The notes: generated by a model not told the origin, from the sequence alone. DNA of 56,330 nt from Vulcanimicrobiota bacterium (GCA_017307785.1 JAFKGI010000012.1:128001-184330), one strand, 5' to 3'. Shown: positions 29,686 to 39,362, counted from the first letter of the stretch. Numbers and translations are program-made.

Positions 29686-30160
29686 GCCGCCACCGGTGGG
29701 CGCAATGCCGACACCGGTGAGCGCGCCGGCACCCGTAGACGCGCCGACACCGGTAGGCGCAATGCCGGCACCGGTGAGCGCGCCGATACCGGTAGGCGCA
29801 ATGCCGATACCGGTGGCGCGCCGACACCGGTGGGCGCAATGCCGACACCCGTGAGCGCGCCGACACCGGTGGGCGCAATTCCGGCACCGGTGAGCGCGCT
29901 GACACCCGTAGGCGCAATTCCGACACCCGTAGGCGCGCCGACACCCGTAGACGCGCCGATACCGATAGGCGCGCCAATACCGGTAGGCGCAATTCCGACA
30001 CCCGTAGACGCGCCGACACCGGTAGGCGCAATGCCGACACCGGTAGGCGCAATTCCGCCACCCGTAGGTGCGCCGGCACCCGTGAGCGCGCCGACACCGG
30101 TAGGCGCAATTCCGCCACCCGTAGGTGCGCCGACACCGGTAGGCGCAATTCCGCCCCCCC
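29686..30160 (+). repeat. Coding tandem repeat array (18- and 21-nt units encoding PTPVGA(I/M)-type peptides)
   Basis: More than 20 imperfect units, gcgccgacaccggtaggc / gcaat(g/t)ccgacacc(g/c)gt(g/a)agc. One unit at 29811-29820 has GG where the others have GGG. An 8-C run follows at 30153-30160. Confidence 0.85.
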
Positions 30161-30220
30161 AAGCAAGCCCCAAACCCCAAAGTAGGCCCATCCGCAAAAC
30201 CGCAGAATTCCCAGCAGGAG
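29704..30220 (+). pseudogene. PTPVGA-repeat protein segment disrupted by a frameshift
   Basis: Frame 2 reads MPTPVSAPAPVDAPTPVGAMP... from ATG 29704 and then hits TGA at 29852-29854 after the G-run shortening. The same peptide repeat continues in frame 1 from 29830 to about 30160. It is either disrupted or a homopolymer sequencing error. Confidence 0.4.
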
Positions 30221-31165
30221 ATGTTCCCCTTCTTCCAGCGCCAACCGCCCACGCCCAAAGTCATCTACCTGCGCGGCGAGCCTACCAAAACCGGCCAGGA
30301 CATCCAGGAGCAACCGCAACATCTAGGCGAAATCTTGCAATCCCTGGCCCCACCTGCCCTGCTCCTGCGCCTCCCGGAAACGATCCAGGCCGCAGCCCTC
30401 CAGGTCATCCCCTGGCTCTGGCAAGAACGCGGCTTTCACTTCCCGCCCATCACCCTCGAGCGCGCCACTCACCCCACCCTGACCGTCCTCGACCAGGGCG
30501 AAACTCCGCTCCACCTGGCCCATCCCCACTTCACCGCCACCGAGCAGGCCCAACTCCAGCTGCAGAGCGCCCTGCTCGACAACCTGCCGCGCTTCCTCAA
30601 CCGCGACTACGTGCTGACCCAGGCTCCCGACCTTGACCCCAGGCTGCTCAGTCGTCTGAGCAAGTATCTGCGCACTCTCCTCCAGGCCGGCTGGACTCTC
30701 CCCTCGCCTGACCAGTGGCACGCCCTGGCCAGCCAACCCTTCGACGAAATCGCCCGGGGCCTGGAACCAGTCCACGCCCGCATTCCCCTCCAACCCCAAG
30801 AGCGCACCGAGCTACTCTTCCAGGCCCTGATCGAAGAGCGCACCGGCCCGGCGATCTTTCAGGCCATCGAGGAATTCTGGGTAGCCAGCGGCCGCATCTT
30901 CCCGCTGCTCCAGACTACTTCCCAAAATCTCATCCGCGAACTCCTGAGGAACCCGGCCGAGGACCTGCACAACTGGGCCCGCCACACTCCCGATTTCGAA
31001 GAGCAGATCCTACAAAGCCAGCAACGACCCGCCACCACTTTGCCGCGCTTCACCCGTCTGGCCATCCTGGGCCAGGACCTCAGTTCCGAAGCGAAAATCC
31101 CCTTTGCGCAAGTGCTGGCCACCCCCGCCCAGGAAAGATGGGCCCGTCAACGCCTGGGCCCCTAA
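30221..31165 (+). CDS. Hypothetical protein (possibly the C-terminal domain of the repeat protein)
   Basis: 314 aa, non-repetitive, high GC3. The same frame stays open upstream to 30143, inside the repeat array, so a fusion via a +1 shift at the poly-C tract is possible. Confidence 0.5.
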   Translation: MFPFFQRQPPTPKVIYLRGEPTKTGQDIQEQPQHLGEILQSLAPPALLLRLPETIQAAALQVIPWLWQERGFHFPPITLERATHPTLTVLDQGETPLHLAHPHFTATEQAQLQLQSALLDNLPRFLNRDYVLTQAPDLDPRLLSRLSKYLRTLLQAGWTLPSPDQWHALASQPFDEIARGLEPVHARIPLQPQERTELLFQALIEERTGPAIFQAIEEFWVASGRIFPLLQTTSQNLIRELLRNPAEDLHNWARHTPDFEEQILQSQQRPATTLPRFTRLAILGQDLSSEAKIPFAQVLATPAQERWARQRLGP

Positions 31166-31521
31166 GCCGCGCCACCCTCAAGCCGACTCAAACGACCTTC
31201 GATCCGATCCAATCGGGAATCGGTCTCCAGGTCGCTGGTAAGCAATCCGGTCTGAACCCGGTCCAAGATCTGCATGGTCCGCTTTCTCTCGACCGACCAC
31301 AAGTCGAAAGAAGAGCGCGTCATACTGGAGAATTCGCGAAACTCTTGGCTAAGCGCTCCCGTAGCCCGCTTCATTTCAGTCAGGGCGTGCTGCATCTCGC
31401 TCAGGGCGCCCTCGACTCGTTCAATGGATTGTGTCTGAGCGGCAATCCGCTCGCTATGAAGCAGGAAGTCTTCTTCCATCTGCTGCCGAAGGATTCGGAT
31501 CTCTTCGTGGATTCTTTTCAT
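31162..31521 (-). CDS. Hypothetical coiled-coil protein
   Basis: 119 aa from MKRIHEEIRILRQQMEE..., with heptad-like periodicity. The 5' extension in the ORF track is low-complexity and rejected. Confidence 0.4.
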   Translation of the reverse strand: MKRIHEEIRILRQQMEEDFLLHSERIAAQTQSIERVEGALSEMQHALTEMKRATGALSQEFREFSSMTRSSFDLWSVERKRTMQILDRVQTGLLTSDLETDSRLDRIEGRLSRLEGGAA

Positions 31522-31614
31522 GGTTGCACCCCTTGGGTCGCAATAAGCGAAGCCTTTGTCCGCTCTCTGAAATTTCCCCACAGGCCCAAGCCCCTCCTCC
31601 CCGAAGTATCCCCC

Positions 31615-31827
31615 ATGCGCAAACTCACTCTCCTGGCGCTCAGCGCCCTGCTCTGGGTCGGATGCAGCCGGCCCATCCACTACGTGGCCAGCAAAAACAG
31701 CCAGGTTTTCCACCGCTCCAGCTGCGGCGACGTCGGCCACATCAAGCCGGAAAACCTGGAACAACTGGGCGATGACCGGGCCACCGCCGCCCGCTCCCAC
31801 CGCCCCTGCGAAGTCTGCAAGCCGTGA
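31615..31827 (+). CDS. Small lipoprotein with CxxH...CxxC motif
   Basis: Signal peptide plus lipobox LLWVGC. 70 aa. SSCGDVGH...RPCEVCKP is a putative metal-binding site. Confidence 0.45.
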   Translation: MRKLTLLALSALLWVGCSRPIHYVASKNSQVFHRSSCGDVGHIKPENLEQLGDDRATAARSHRPCEVCKP

Positions 31828-32297
31828 AAATCGCCCTGTTCCTGCTGCTGCTCACCCTCACAGCCGCCGCCCGCACTCCCGCCGAAATCGTCCAGGACGT
31901 CTTCGAATACGACTTCCAGCACGGCATGACGCAAACCCTACAAGACCGCGCTCACTGCTTCACCCCCGGTTTCCTCCAACTCTTCCGCAAAGCCCTGGCC
32001 CTGCCCACGGGCGGACCGGCTTTCGTGGACATGGACTACTTTCGCAACGGCCAGGACAGCGGCCAGGTGCTCAAAACCACGGACACCGAAGTCCATGGCA
32101 AAGAAGCCATCGTCTCGCTGAAAATCTGGCAAGGCGCCTACCGGGGCGCCCCTGCCGGCCCACAACCCAAGGCTCCAACCACCCGAGTCTTCCTGACCGA
32201 TCTGGGACAGGGCTACCAAATCTGGGATATCCGCCACTCCAAACTCTCGGCCCGCCAGGACTTCCAGACCCTGCTCAAAGGCAAGTGGCCCAAGTAA
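31824..32297 (+). CDS. Hypothetical secreted protein
   Basis: GTGA overlap with the preceding gene. N-terminal signal peptide KIALFLLLLTLTAAA. Confidence 0.5.
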   Translation: MKIALFLLLLTLTAAARTPAEIVQDVFEYDFQHGMTQTLQDRAHCFTPGFLQLFRKALALPTGGPAFVDMDYFRNGQDSGQVLKTTDTEVHGKEAIVSLKIWQGAYRGAPAGPQPKAPTTRVFLTDLGQGYQIWDIRHSKLSARQDFQTLLKGKWPK

Positions 32298-32351
32298 AGT
32301 TCAGCAAAACTTCATAATCGGCTCACCCCCCGCTCATCCCGAGCGGATACG

Positions 32352-32645
32352 GTGGGGACCGTGTTGGCGATCTTCTTAACCCTGGTGGCCGTTTCCGCTC
32401 AGACTCTGGCCAATTACGCGCTACGAGACGAACGCTTCGTCCTGGGCGTGACCCTGCTGGCCTGTCATTTCGGGCTCTGGTGCCTGGCCCTGCGCCTGGC
32501 CCCCCTCACCGTGCTCATTCCCTGGACGGCCCTCAGTCACGTCCTCAATGCCTTGCTGGCCCGCGAACTGCTGCAAGAAAAAATCGGCCGGCGACGCTGG
32601 GCCGGCACCTTGCTCATCGCCTCGGGAATCGTGCTATGCAATTGA
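32352..32645 (+). CDS. EamA-like 4-TM small transporter subunit (ArnE-like)
   Basis: 97 aa, four hydrophobic helices. LQEKIGRRRWAGTLLIASGIVL parallels ArnE [23 protein letters not shown]. Confidence 0.55.
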   Translation: MGTVLAIFLTLVAVSAQTLANYALRDERFVLGVTLLACHFGLWCLALRLAPLTVLIPWTALSHVLNALLARELLQEKIGRRRWAGTLLIASGIVLCN

Positions 32646-32980
32646 GGACCGGACTGCTACTGGCCGCGCTGGCCATTTTTCTAAGCACCGAAGGCGACAT
32701 CCAGCTGGCTCTGGCCCTGCGCAAAATGGGCAGCTTCCACCTCTTCTACGCCCCCCTGTGGTTCGCCATCTTGCTGCTGGCCGCTCACTTCGCCGTCTGG
32801 CTGCAGGTGCTCAAGCGCCTGGAACTCTCGCTGGCCGTCCCCCTCACCGCCAGCTCCTACCTGCTCAACGCCCTGCTCGCCCCCGCCCAACTCTCCGAAA
32901 CCATGGGCGTCAAAAGCCTGGCCGGCTACGCCCTGGTCACCCTGGGGGTGGTGCTGGTCGTTTCCAGCGACGATCAATAA
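32636..32980 (+). CDS. EamA-like 4-TM small transporter subunit (ArnF-like)
   Basis: 114 aa paralogue that overlaps the upstream gene by 10 nt. Same topology. Confidence 0.55.
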   Translation: MQLRTGLLLAALAIFLSTEGDIQLALALRKMGSFHLFYAPLWFAILLLAAHFAVWLQVLKRLELSLAVPLTASSYLLNALLAPAQLSETMGVKSLAGYALVTLGVVLVVSSDDQ

Positions 32981-33309
32981 CTGCCGATCACCTCAATCAG
33001 CCCCACCAGGTGGTCGTTCATCTCGTCCAAATCCTCGGCCGGAATCCACCACTCGGTGTGCTGCTCTCCGCCCACGGTCTGCACCGCGTAGCGGTCCATG
33101 AATTCTCGCCGCACGAAAAACCGCGTCACATAACCCGCCCCATCGGCCGGCACATTCCATTTCACGGTAATCTCGCGCGCATACTCCTCATTGGTCACAG
33201 GATAGAAAAACGGCTGACCCAAAAGCCGCGGCGGCCAACGCCGAAAACCCGACTGCCGAACCAGCTCCAGCTCGGCCGGACCACAAGGACGAAAGCATTC
33301 CTGATGCAT
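32974..33309 (-). CDS. Hypothetical protein
   Basis: Start chosen at MHQECF to avoid overlap with the SNF2 start. The ORF extends to 33357. Confidence 0.35.
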   Translation of the reverse strand: MHQECFRPCGPAELELVRQSGFRRWPPRLLGQPFFYPVTNEEYAREITVKWNVPADGAGYVTRFFVRREFMDRYAVQTVGGEQHTEWWIPAEDLDEMNDHLVGLIEVIGSY

Positions 33310-33345
33310 AGAGGGCAGTATAGCACTCGCGTCGACATAAAGCCT

Positions 33346-35868
33346 ATGGCGGTCCAACTCACTCCCGGCGCAACCTTACGCCTGCCCGGCGACGGCGACT
33401 GGCGCGAGCTGCTGCTGGCCCTGGCCAGCGACCGCCCCTCCGAACCGGACCTGGCCTTCTGGCGCCTCTACGCCCGCCGCTACCTGACCAGCCTGTGCCA
33501 GCTCCCCCCAGGACAACAACCACCGATCCCCCCCGAAGCCGAACGCACACAGCTCAGCCAGAACGCTCCGCCCATGGAGGGCGGCGAATACCTCTCCCCC
33601 GACTCCCTGGCCCAAATCTGGACCCAGGTCGACCACTGGGTCCAACAGCAAATCGCCCAAGAAAGCCTCGACCACTTCCTCCAGGAGCACGCCCCGCGCT
33701 GGCGGCAAGTGGGCCGCGTCTACTTCCACCTGGCCGAAAACAAAGACAACGAAGAGCGGCCCTTCGCCTTCCTGGCCACCTACACCACCGGCCTCAGCCA
33801 GGGCGGCCGCCTGCAACACGTCCCCCTGAGAAAAAGCCTGGAGACCTACGCCGGCGAACGCAACCAGCAGGCCCTCATCAAGCTCCTCTCCCCCATCCAG
33901 AGGGCCGCCGAAAGCTGCCCCTGGGTCGACGAAATGCTGCAGTCCGGCCACATCTACCAGCCCCTGGCCTGGCCCATCGAAAAAGCCTACCAACTGCTTC
34001 GCAGCGCCCCCCAACTCGAAGAAGCCGGCCTCTCCATCCTGCTCCCCGACTGGTGGAAAAAACGCCCGCGTCCACGCGTAGCCGTCACCGTCGGCCCCAC
34101 TCCCGGCTCCGCCCTGGGCGCCGACGCCCTGCTGCAATTCCAGGTGCAAATCGCATACGACCAACAGAATCTCAGCCCCCAGGAAATCCAGGATCTGCTG
34201 GCCCAACAGAACCACCTGGTGCGCCTCAAAGGCCAGTGGGTGGAAGTCGACCGCGACAAACTGCAGCAGGCCCTCGATCACTGGAAATTGCTGGAAAGCG
34301 CCGGCCCCGTCTCCTTCCACGAAGGCATGCGCATGCTGGCAGGTGCCTCCCCCAACCTCAAGGACGACCCCAACGGCAGCCAGGAACGCGAATGGGTTCA
34401 CCTGCAGGCGGCCGATAGCCTGCGTCCCCTGCTTGAAGGTTCTCGCCCGCAGGATCTCCCCCCCGATCCCAACCTCAAAGCCGAACTGCGCCCCTACCAA
34501 AAGCAAGGCGTCGACTGGTTGCTTTTCCTCAGCCGCCTGGGCCTGGGCGCCTGCCTGGCCGACGACATGGGCCTGGGCAAAACCATCCAGGTGCTGGCCA
34601 CTCTGCTGGCCCAATCACAAGGCCCCTCGCTGCTGATCGTGCCCGCCTCGCTGCTGGGCAACTGGCGAGCCGAAGCCGCCCGCTTCGCCCCCAAACTCAA
34701 GCTCTACTTCGCCCACCCCTCCGAAACCAATCAATACGAACCGCAGCAAGCCGATCTGGTCCTCACCACCTACCCCCAGATCACCCGCCAACCATGGCTG
34801 CAGCAACAGAGCTGGCACCTGCTCATCCTGGACGAAGCCCAGGCCATCAAAAACGCCGGCACCCGTCAGAGTCAGACCGTCAAAAAGCTCCAGGCCACCT
34901 CTCGCATCGCCCTCACCGGCACGCCCGTGGAAAATCGCCTGGGCGATCTCTGGTCGCTCTTTGATTTTCTCAACCCCGGCCTCTTAGGTTCGGCCAAAGT
35001 CTTCTCGGACTGGGTCAAATCGCTCAACCACCAGTTCGCCCCGCTGCGCCAGCTGGTCGCCCCCTACATTCTCAGACGCCTGAAAACCGACCGCAAAGTC
35101 ATCTCCGACCTGCCCGACAAAACGGAAACACCCGCCTATTGCGGCCTCAGCAAGCCCCAGATCAAGCTCTACGAAAAGGTGCTGCAAACCCTGGCCAAAG
35201 CTCTGGAAAGCAAAACCGGCATCGCCCGCAAAGGCCTGGTGCTGCAATCGCTCATGCAGCTCAAGCAGATTTGCAATCACCCCAGCCAGTTCACCGGCGC
35301 CAGCGATTGGCTCCCCGCCGCCAGCGGCAAATTCCAGCGTCTCGGAGAACTGTGCCGCGAATTATCCGATCGTCAGCAACCGGTGCTTATCTTTACCCAG
35401 TTTCGCGAAATCATCGAGCCCCTGCACGATTACCTCACCAACATTTACCAGCGACCCGGCCTCGTGCTCCACGGCGGAACTGCCGTATCCAAACGACAAA
35501 AACTGGTGCAGCAATTCCAGGCCCCAGACGGCCCGCCTTTCTTCCTGCTCTCCCTCAAAGCCGGCGGCACCGGCCTCAACCTGACCCGCGCTTCCCACGT
35601 CATTCATTTCGACCGCTGGTGGAACCCGGCCGTGGAAAACCAGGCCACCGACCGGGCCTTCCGCATCGGCCAAAAAAACAACGTGCAGGTGCACAAGTTC
35701 ATCTGCCGCGGCACTTTGGAAGAAAAAATCGACGCCACCATCGCCGCCAAACAGAAACTCGCCCAAGAAATTCTGAGCGGCGATCAGGAAATCAACCTCA
35801 GCGAACTCTCCAACGACGAGCTGCTGCAACTCGTCTCTCTCGACGTTCGCCAGGCCAGTCTCGCGTGA
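33346..35868 (+). CDS. SNF2-family helicase (RapA/HepA-like) with N-terminal domain of unknown function
   Basis: LADDMGLGKTIQ (motif I), LILDEAQAIKN (DEAQ box), LTGTPVENRL, helicase-C FLLSLKAGGTGLNLT, QATDRAFRIGQ. Confidence 0.9.
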   Translation: MAVQLTPGATLRLPGDGDWRELLLALASDRPSEPDLAFWRLYARRYLTSLCQLPPGQQPPIPPEAERTQLSQNAPPMEGGEYLSPDSLAQIWTQVDHWVQQQIAQESLDHFLQEHAPRWRQVGRVYFHLAENKDNEERPFAFLATYTTGLSQGGRLQHVPLRKSLETYAGERNQQALIKLLSPIQRAAESCPWVDEMLQSGHIYQPLAWPIEKAYQLLRSAPQLEEAGLSILLPDWWKKRPRPRVAVTVGPTPGSALGADALLQFQVQIAYDQQNLSPQEIQDLLAQQNHLVRLKGQWVEVDRDKLQQALDHWKLLESAGPVSFHEGMRMLAGASPNLKDDPNGSQEREWVHLQAADSLRPLLEGSRPQDLPPDPNLKAELRPYQKQGVDWLLFLSRLGLGACLADDMGLGKTIQVLATLLAQSQGPSLLIVPASLLGNWRAEAARFAPKLKLYFAHPSETNQYEPQQADLVLTTYPQITRQPWLQQQSWHLLILDEAQAIKNAGTRQSQTVKKLQATSRIALTGTPVENRLGDLWSLFDFLNPGLLGSAKVFSDWVKSLNHQFAPLRQLVAPYILRRLKTDRKVISDLPDKTETPAYCGLSKPQIKLYEKVLQTLAKALESKTGIARKGLVLQSLMQLKQICNHPSQFTGASDWLPAASGKFQRLGELCRELSDRQQPVLIFTQFREIIEPLHDYLTNIYQRPGLVLHGGTAVSKRQKLVQQFQAPDGPPFFLLSLKAGGTGLNLTRASHVIHFDRWWNPAVENQATDRAFRIGQKNNVQVHKFICRGTLEEKIDATIAAKQKLAQEILSGDQEINLSELSNDELLQLVSLDVRQASLA

Positions 35869-36575
35869 GCTTCTGGGGCTACAGCTCGGCCTCCGAGCGC
35901 CGCTCCTATGCGCGCCAGATGGCGGCCAGCCTGGAAAAGTCCGGCCGCAAGCTGGAGCCTGTCACCATCCAGGGCCTCAAAATCGCCCGCAGCTTTTGGG
36001 GCAAAGCCTGGTGCGAGCACCTGGAATCCTTCTCCGACATCTTCAACCGCCTGGAGCGCGGCCGCACCTACGCCCGCAACGGATCCGTGCTCCATCTAGC
36101 GGTCACACCGGGACAAATCGAAGCCCTGGTCAGCGGCGGCAGCTTATACGACGTGCGCATCCGCATCGACGACCTCGCCCCCACACTCTGGCAGAGCATC
36201 CAGGAAAAATGCGCCGGCCAGGTCGCCACCATGCTCGAACTACTCCAAGGACAGTTCTCCAGCCAGGTCATGAAAGTCGTCACCGACCGCCATCAGGGCC
36301 TATTTCCCCAGCCCTCCCAAATCCACCTGAAATGCAGCTGCCCCGATGGCGCCCGTATGTGCAAGCACGTGGCAGCCGTCCTCTACGGCATGGGCAACCG
36401 CCTCGATGACCAACCCGAACTGCTCTTCCGCCTGCGCGGAGTCGACCCCGCCGAACTCTTCTCCACCCATCTTCACCTGCCCCAGGCCCGCGACGCGGAA
36501 GTCCTCCCCGACGATGGACTGGCCGACCTCTTCGGTATCGAACTGCTGCTCGACCCCGAAGGCCTCAGCCCTTAA
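35865..36575 (+). CDS. SWIM zinc-finger protein
   Basis: CSCPDGARMCKHVAAVLY = CxCxnCxH SWIM motif. GTGA overlap with the SNF2 stop. Confidence 0.75.
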   Translation: MSFWGYSSASERRSYARQMAASLEKSGRKLEPVTIQGLKIARSFWGKAWCEHLESFSDIFNRLERGRTYARNGSVLHLAVTPGQIEALVSGGSLYDVRIRIDDLAPTLWQSIQEKCAGQVATMLELLQGQFSSQVMKVVTDRHQGLFPQPSQIHLKCSCPDGARMCKHVAAVLYGMGNRLDDQPELLFRLRGVDPAELFSTHLHLPQARDAEVLPDDGLADLFGIELLLDPEGLSP

Positions 36576-37050
36576 AAGCCGCCTCAATGCGCGCGTGGTC
36601 GATCTTCTGCATCGTCATCATCGCGTCCATGGCCCGCTTGGCCGCCGCCCGGTCCGGGCTGCTCATACACTCCATCAGCACCCGAGGCGTAATCTGCCAG
36701 GAAAACCCCCAGCGGTCCTTACACCAACCGCAATCGCTCTCCCGACCGCCGTTGGAGACAATCGCCTCCCAGTAACGGTCCGTCTCGGCCTGATCCTCGG
36801 TAAATACCATAAAACTCACCGACTCATTGGCCTGAAACAGAGGCCCGCCGTTCAAGCCCACAAACGACTGCCCGCACACGGTAAACTCCACCGTCAGCTC
36901 CTCGCCGGCCGGAGTCGAGGGATTGTCGCTGGCCGCATCGCTGGCCCGGCCCACCTGACTATCGGGAAAGACCGAAGCATAAAACTCGGCCGCCTTGCGC
37001 GCCTCTCCGCGGTCAAACCACAGACAGGTCGTCATCTTATTCTTGCTCAT
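36565..37050 (-). CDS. VOC/PhnB-like (3-demethylubiquinone-9 3-methyltransferase domain) family protein
   Basis: MSKNKMTTCLWFDRGEARKAAEFYASVFPDS matches the family's typical M..I.PCLWFD..AEEA..FY start. The 5' extension in the ORF track is rejected. Confidence 0.65.
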   Translation of the reverse strand: MSKNKMTTCLWFDRGEARKAAEFYASVFPDSQVGRASDAASDNPSTPAGEELTVEFTVCGQSFVGLNGGPLFQANESVSFMVFTEDQAETDRYWEAIVSNGGRESDCGWCKDRWGFSWQITPRVLMECMSSPDRAAAKRAMDAMMTMQKIDHARIEAAFKG

Positions 37051-37420
37051 CAACGCTCTCCTTTGCCACATAGCCCAGCGCCTCTCGCTCGGCAAACCAG
37101 GATTCGAACTCTCCCCGGTCCACGCTCTCGTCCCCGGGCCCGTGGAAAATGCGGGCCGGCGCGTCGTCCCGCAACTCGCTGCCCGGCTCGACTTCCTCGT
37201 CATAGGACCGAATCGGATTGTGAAAGTGCATCCGCTCCCCCTCCACCCGATTCAGCGTCAGCGAATGAAAGTCGCTCTGCCCCGCGAACCAGTGCAGGCT
37301 CAATAGCACGTCCTCGTTGCCCGCCTGCACCTGCCCCCACAACACCTGCGCATCGGCCTCGGGCACCAGCTCCGATCCCGTCACCGCCTGGTGCATCTTC
37401 AACAACTGCTGATCTCTCAT
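37037..37420 (-). CDS. Hypothetical protein
   Basis: 127-aa ORF in an operon-like string. No motif. Confidence 0.35.
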   Translation of the reverse strand: MRDQQLLKMHQAVTGSELVPEADAQVLWGQVQAGNEDVLLSLHWFAGQSDFHSLTLNRVEGERMHFHNPIRSYDEEVEPGSELRDDAPARIFHGPGDESVDRGEFESWFAEREALGYVAKESVDEQE

Positions 37421-38748
37421 TTCGCCTCCGCGCGGGACACTTCCTGAAGCGCTCGCTCCATGGTCTCCAAAATATGACTCAAAGAAGCCAGAGACGGCGT
37501 ATTGATCCAGGCCTCCAGACTGTCTACCCCGGCCTTTAGCTGCTCCAACTGCAAACCCAACCGCTCATCGCCGGGCACGGCCGCCAGCAGGCTGCGCCAG
37601 CGCTCCACCTCGGCTTCCATGCTGGCCCGATCCGACTTGCCGTCCGCATACTCCTGGGCCACCGCCTGCAGATAAGCCAGATTCGGGTTGACCCCCCCGC
37701 CCACTGCCGCCTCCGACAAATCGTGCTGCGCCTTCTCGTCCACCCGCTCCAACATACGAAACCCGCAGGCCGGACAAAACTTCTGACCGCCTTCGACGGT
37801 AGCGGCACACTTGGGACAGGCCAGCTGCCCCTGCACGTCCAGCAAGGCCAGCACTTCTTGACGCCTTTGACTCAGGTCTTCGTCGATCTCGCGAATGCCA
37901 TCCAGCGAAGCCTCCGGATCCTCCAGCAGGTTCTGCAACGCTTCCGTCAGCTCGGCAAAAAGAGCCTGCAACTCCTTGCCCTTCTCCTCCAAGAGCGCGC
38001 TATCCACCGTAGTCAAAAGCGCCGATACCCCTTGACTCAAAGAATGCAACTCGGCCAGTTTGCGCCACACGAAAGCGTGCAGCTCGGTGTCGTCCTGCGA
38101 CTGCAGCAACAAGTCCAGATGCTCCAACCAGTTGGCCGGCAGCGCCGGCCCCAGCAACTCCGCGTAGCCGTGAGCCAACCGCTGCACCTGATCCAGCTGG
38201 GCCTCGCTCTCGGATCCCGCCGCCAAACGCAGCAGCCCCTCCAAGGACTCCAGCAAAGCCTGAGCGCAACGACCCAACTCCACTTCCATCCCGGGCGTGT
38301 CGATGGCGTACTGCAAACGCCGGCGCTCGGTCTCGATGCAGTGCCAGTAAAACTCCTGGTCCCCACCGCCCATCCAGGACTCGTAGGCCCAGAACATCTG
38401 ATTGATACCGGCCAACGGAGTCGGCCCGTGGAGACGCCACACCTCTTCCTGGAACTGCTGCAGGTTCTGGGTGTGCTGACGATGCAGGCGTAAAAAGAGA
38501 CCGGCCAGCTGGGGGTCGATGGCCTGCTGCAGCTCGCTGGCCCCCTGCAAGCAGTCCTGGTATCCCTGACTCACCCGCTCTTCCAGCTCGTTCAGGTTCT
38601 CGCGCAGCTCCTCGGGCATGGCCAACAAATTGGAATGCCAGCTGGCGAAGTGCTCTTCCAGACCCTGGGAAAAGGCGGCGAAATCGGGCAAGTCGGCCTC
38701 GTTGCCGCTGGCAACGTAGGCCTCAAGACGGTCCTGGAAGGAGTTCAA
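37417..38748 (-). CDS. Hypothetical helical protein with zinc ribbon
   Basis: 443 aa, mostly predicted helical. CPKC...x12...CPAC zinc ribbon. ATGA overlap with the downstream gene. Confidence 0.45.
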   Translation of the reverse strand: MNSFQDRLEAYVASGNEADLPDFAAFSQGLEEHFASWHSNLLAMPEELRENLNELEERVSQGYQDCLQGASELQQAIDPQLAGLFLRLHRQHTQNLQQFQEEVWRLHGPTPLAGINQMFWAYESWMGGGDQEFYWHCIETERRRLQYAIDTPGMEVELGRCAQALLESLEGLLRLAAGSESEAQLDQVQRLAHGYAELLGPALPANWLEHLDLLLQSQDDTELHAFVWRKLAELHSLSQGVSALLTTVDSALLEEKGKELQALFAELTEALQNLLEDPEASLDGIREIDEDLSQRRQEVLALLDVQGQLACPKCAATVEGGQKFCPACGFRMLERVDEKAQHDLSEAAVGGGVNPNLAYLQAVAQEYADGKSDRASMEAEVERWRSLLAAVPGDERLGLQLEQLKAGVDSLEAWINTPSLASLSHILETMERALQEVSRAEAK

Positions 38749-39080
38749 CGCAGGCTTTGGTGCTTCACCGATTCTACGAACTGATCCAGACTCTGCAGAT
38801 TCTTGATGGTCTGGCGGGCCTGGCCCTCGGCCTGATTCCAGTAAACGCTGTTACCGGACTTCAACTGCTTGAAGGCTTCCTCGGTGGTGGCGGACTTGTA
38901 GCCGCCCAGTAACCCCCCCTTGGCCTGATACAGGCGACCGGCGTGGTCGAGAAACTCCAGGCTCTGCTGAGCCTTCACATCCTGAGAGCTGGGCATGGTC
39001 TGGGCACTGGCGGCGGAAGCGACTCCCCCGGCCAGACTGCAGGCCAGCAGCGTCCCCGCCACCACTCCTCTCCAGGGCAT
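38745..39080 (-). CDS. Small secreted protein
   Basis: MPWRGVVAGTLLACSLAGGVASAASAQT signal peptide, 111 aa. The rest of the 652-aa ORF in the track is a shadow of the plus-strand calpain-like gene. Confidence 0.4.
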   Translation of the reverse strand: MPWRGVVAGTLLACSLAGGVASAASAQTMPSSQDVKAQQSLEFLDHAGRLYQAKGGLLGGYKSATTEEAFKQLKSGNSVYWNQAEGQARQTIKNLQSLDQFVESVKHQSLR

Positions 39081-39362
39081 CGCAAAGCCCGACTTCTTGA
39101 CTTCCGCGGCCTCTTCGGCAAAACGCATCGGCCCATATCCGGGGCCCGTCGACTCCGAGGAAGCGCGAAAGCCGTCCTGGGGAGCCGTTTCCTGGTTTCT
39201 TTCCGGGCGCTTGACGCCACTCGGAGCGGCCCCGATCAGGGAGGAATACTGCGTGGAAATCATGCAGATAGTTTCTGCTGAAGAAAAAAGACTCCTGCCC
39301 ACTAGACGGGCTAGACTTGTGGTGGGATACAGGTAGTTGGTGATTCTTCGCCTGGAGGTTTG

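Noticed and set aside
29686-30160. Possible CRISPR array, from the regular short repeats
   Set aside because: The units are 18 and 21 nt, directly tandem with no unique spacers. They translate into a continuous Pro/Thr/Val/Gly/Ala peptide repeat, so this is a coding repeat and not CRISPR.
28643-30322. 559-aa minus-strand ORF rich in Arg/Cys/His (…CAYRCRRAHRCRHC…) spanning the acidic gene and the repeat array
   Set aside because: It is the antisense reading of the PTPVGA coding repeats and of the Asp/Glu-rich gene. Its composition is periodic low-complexity with poor codon usage. The plus-strand genes explain the region.
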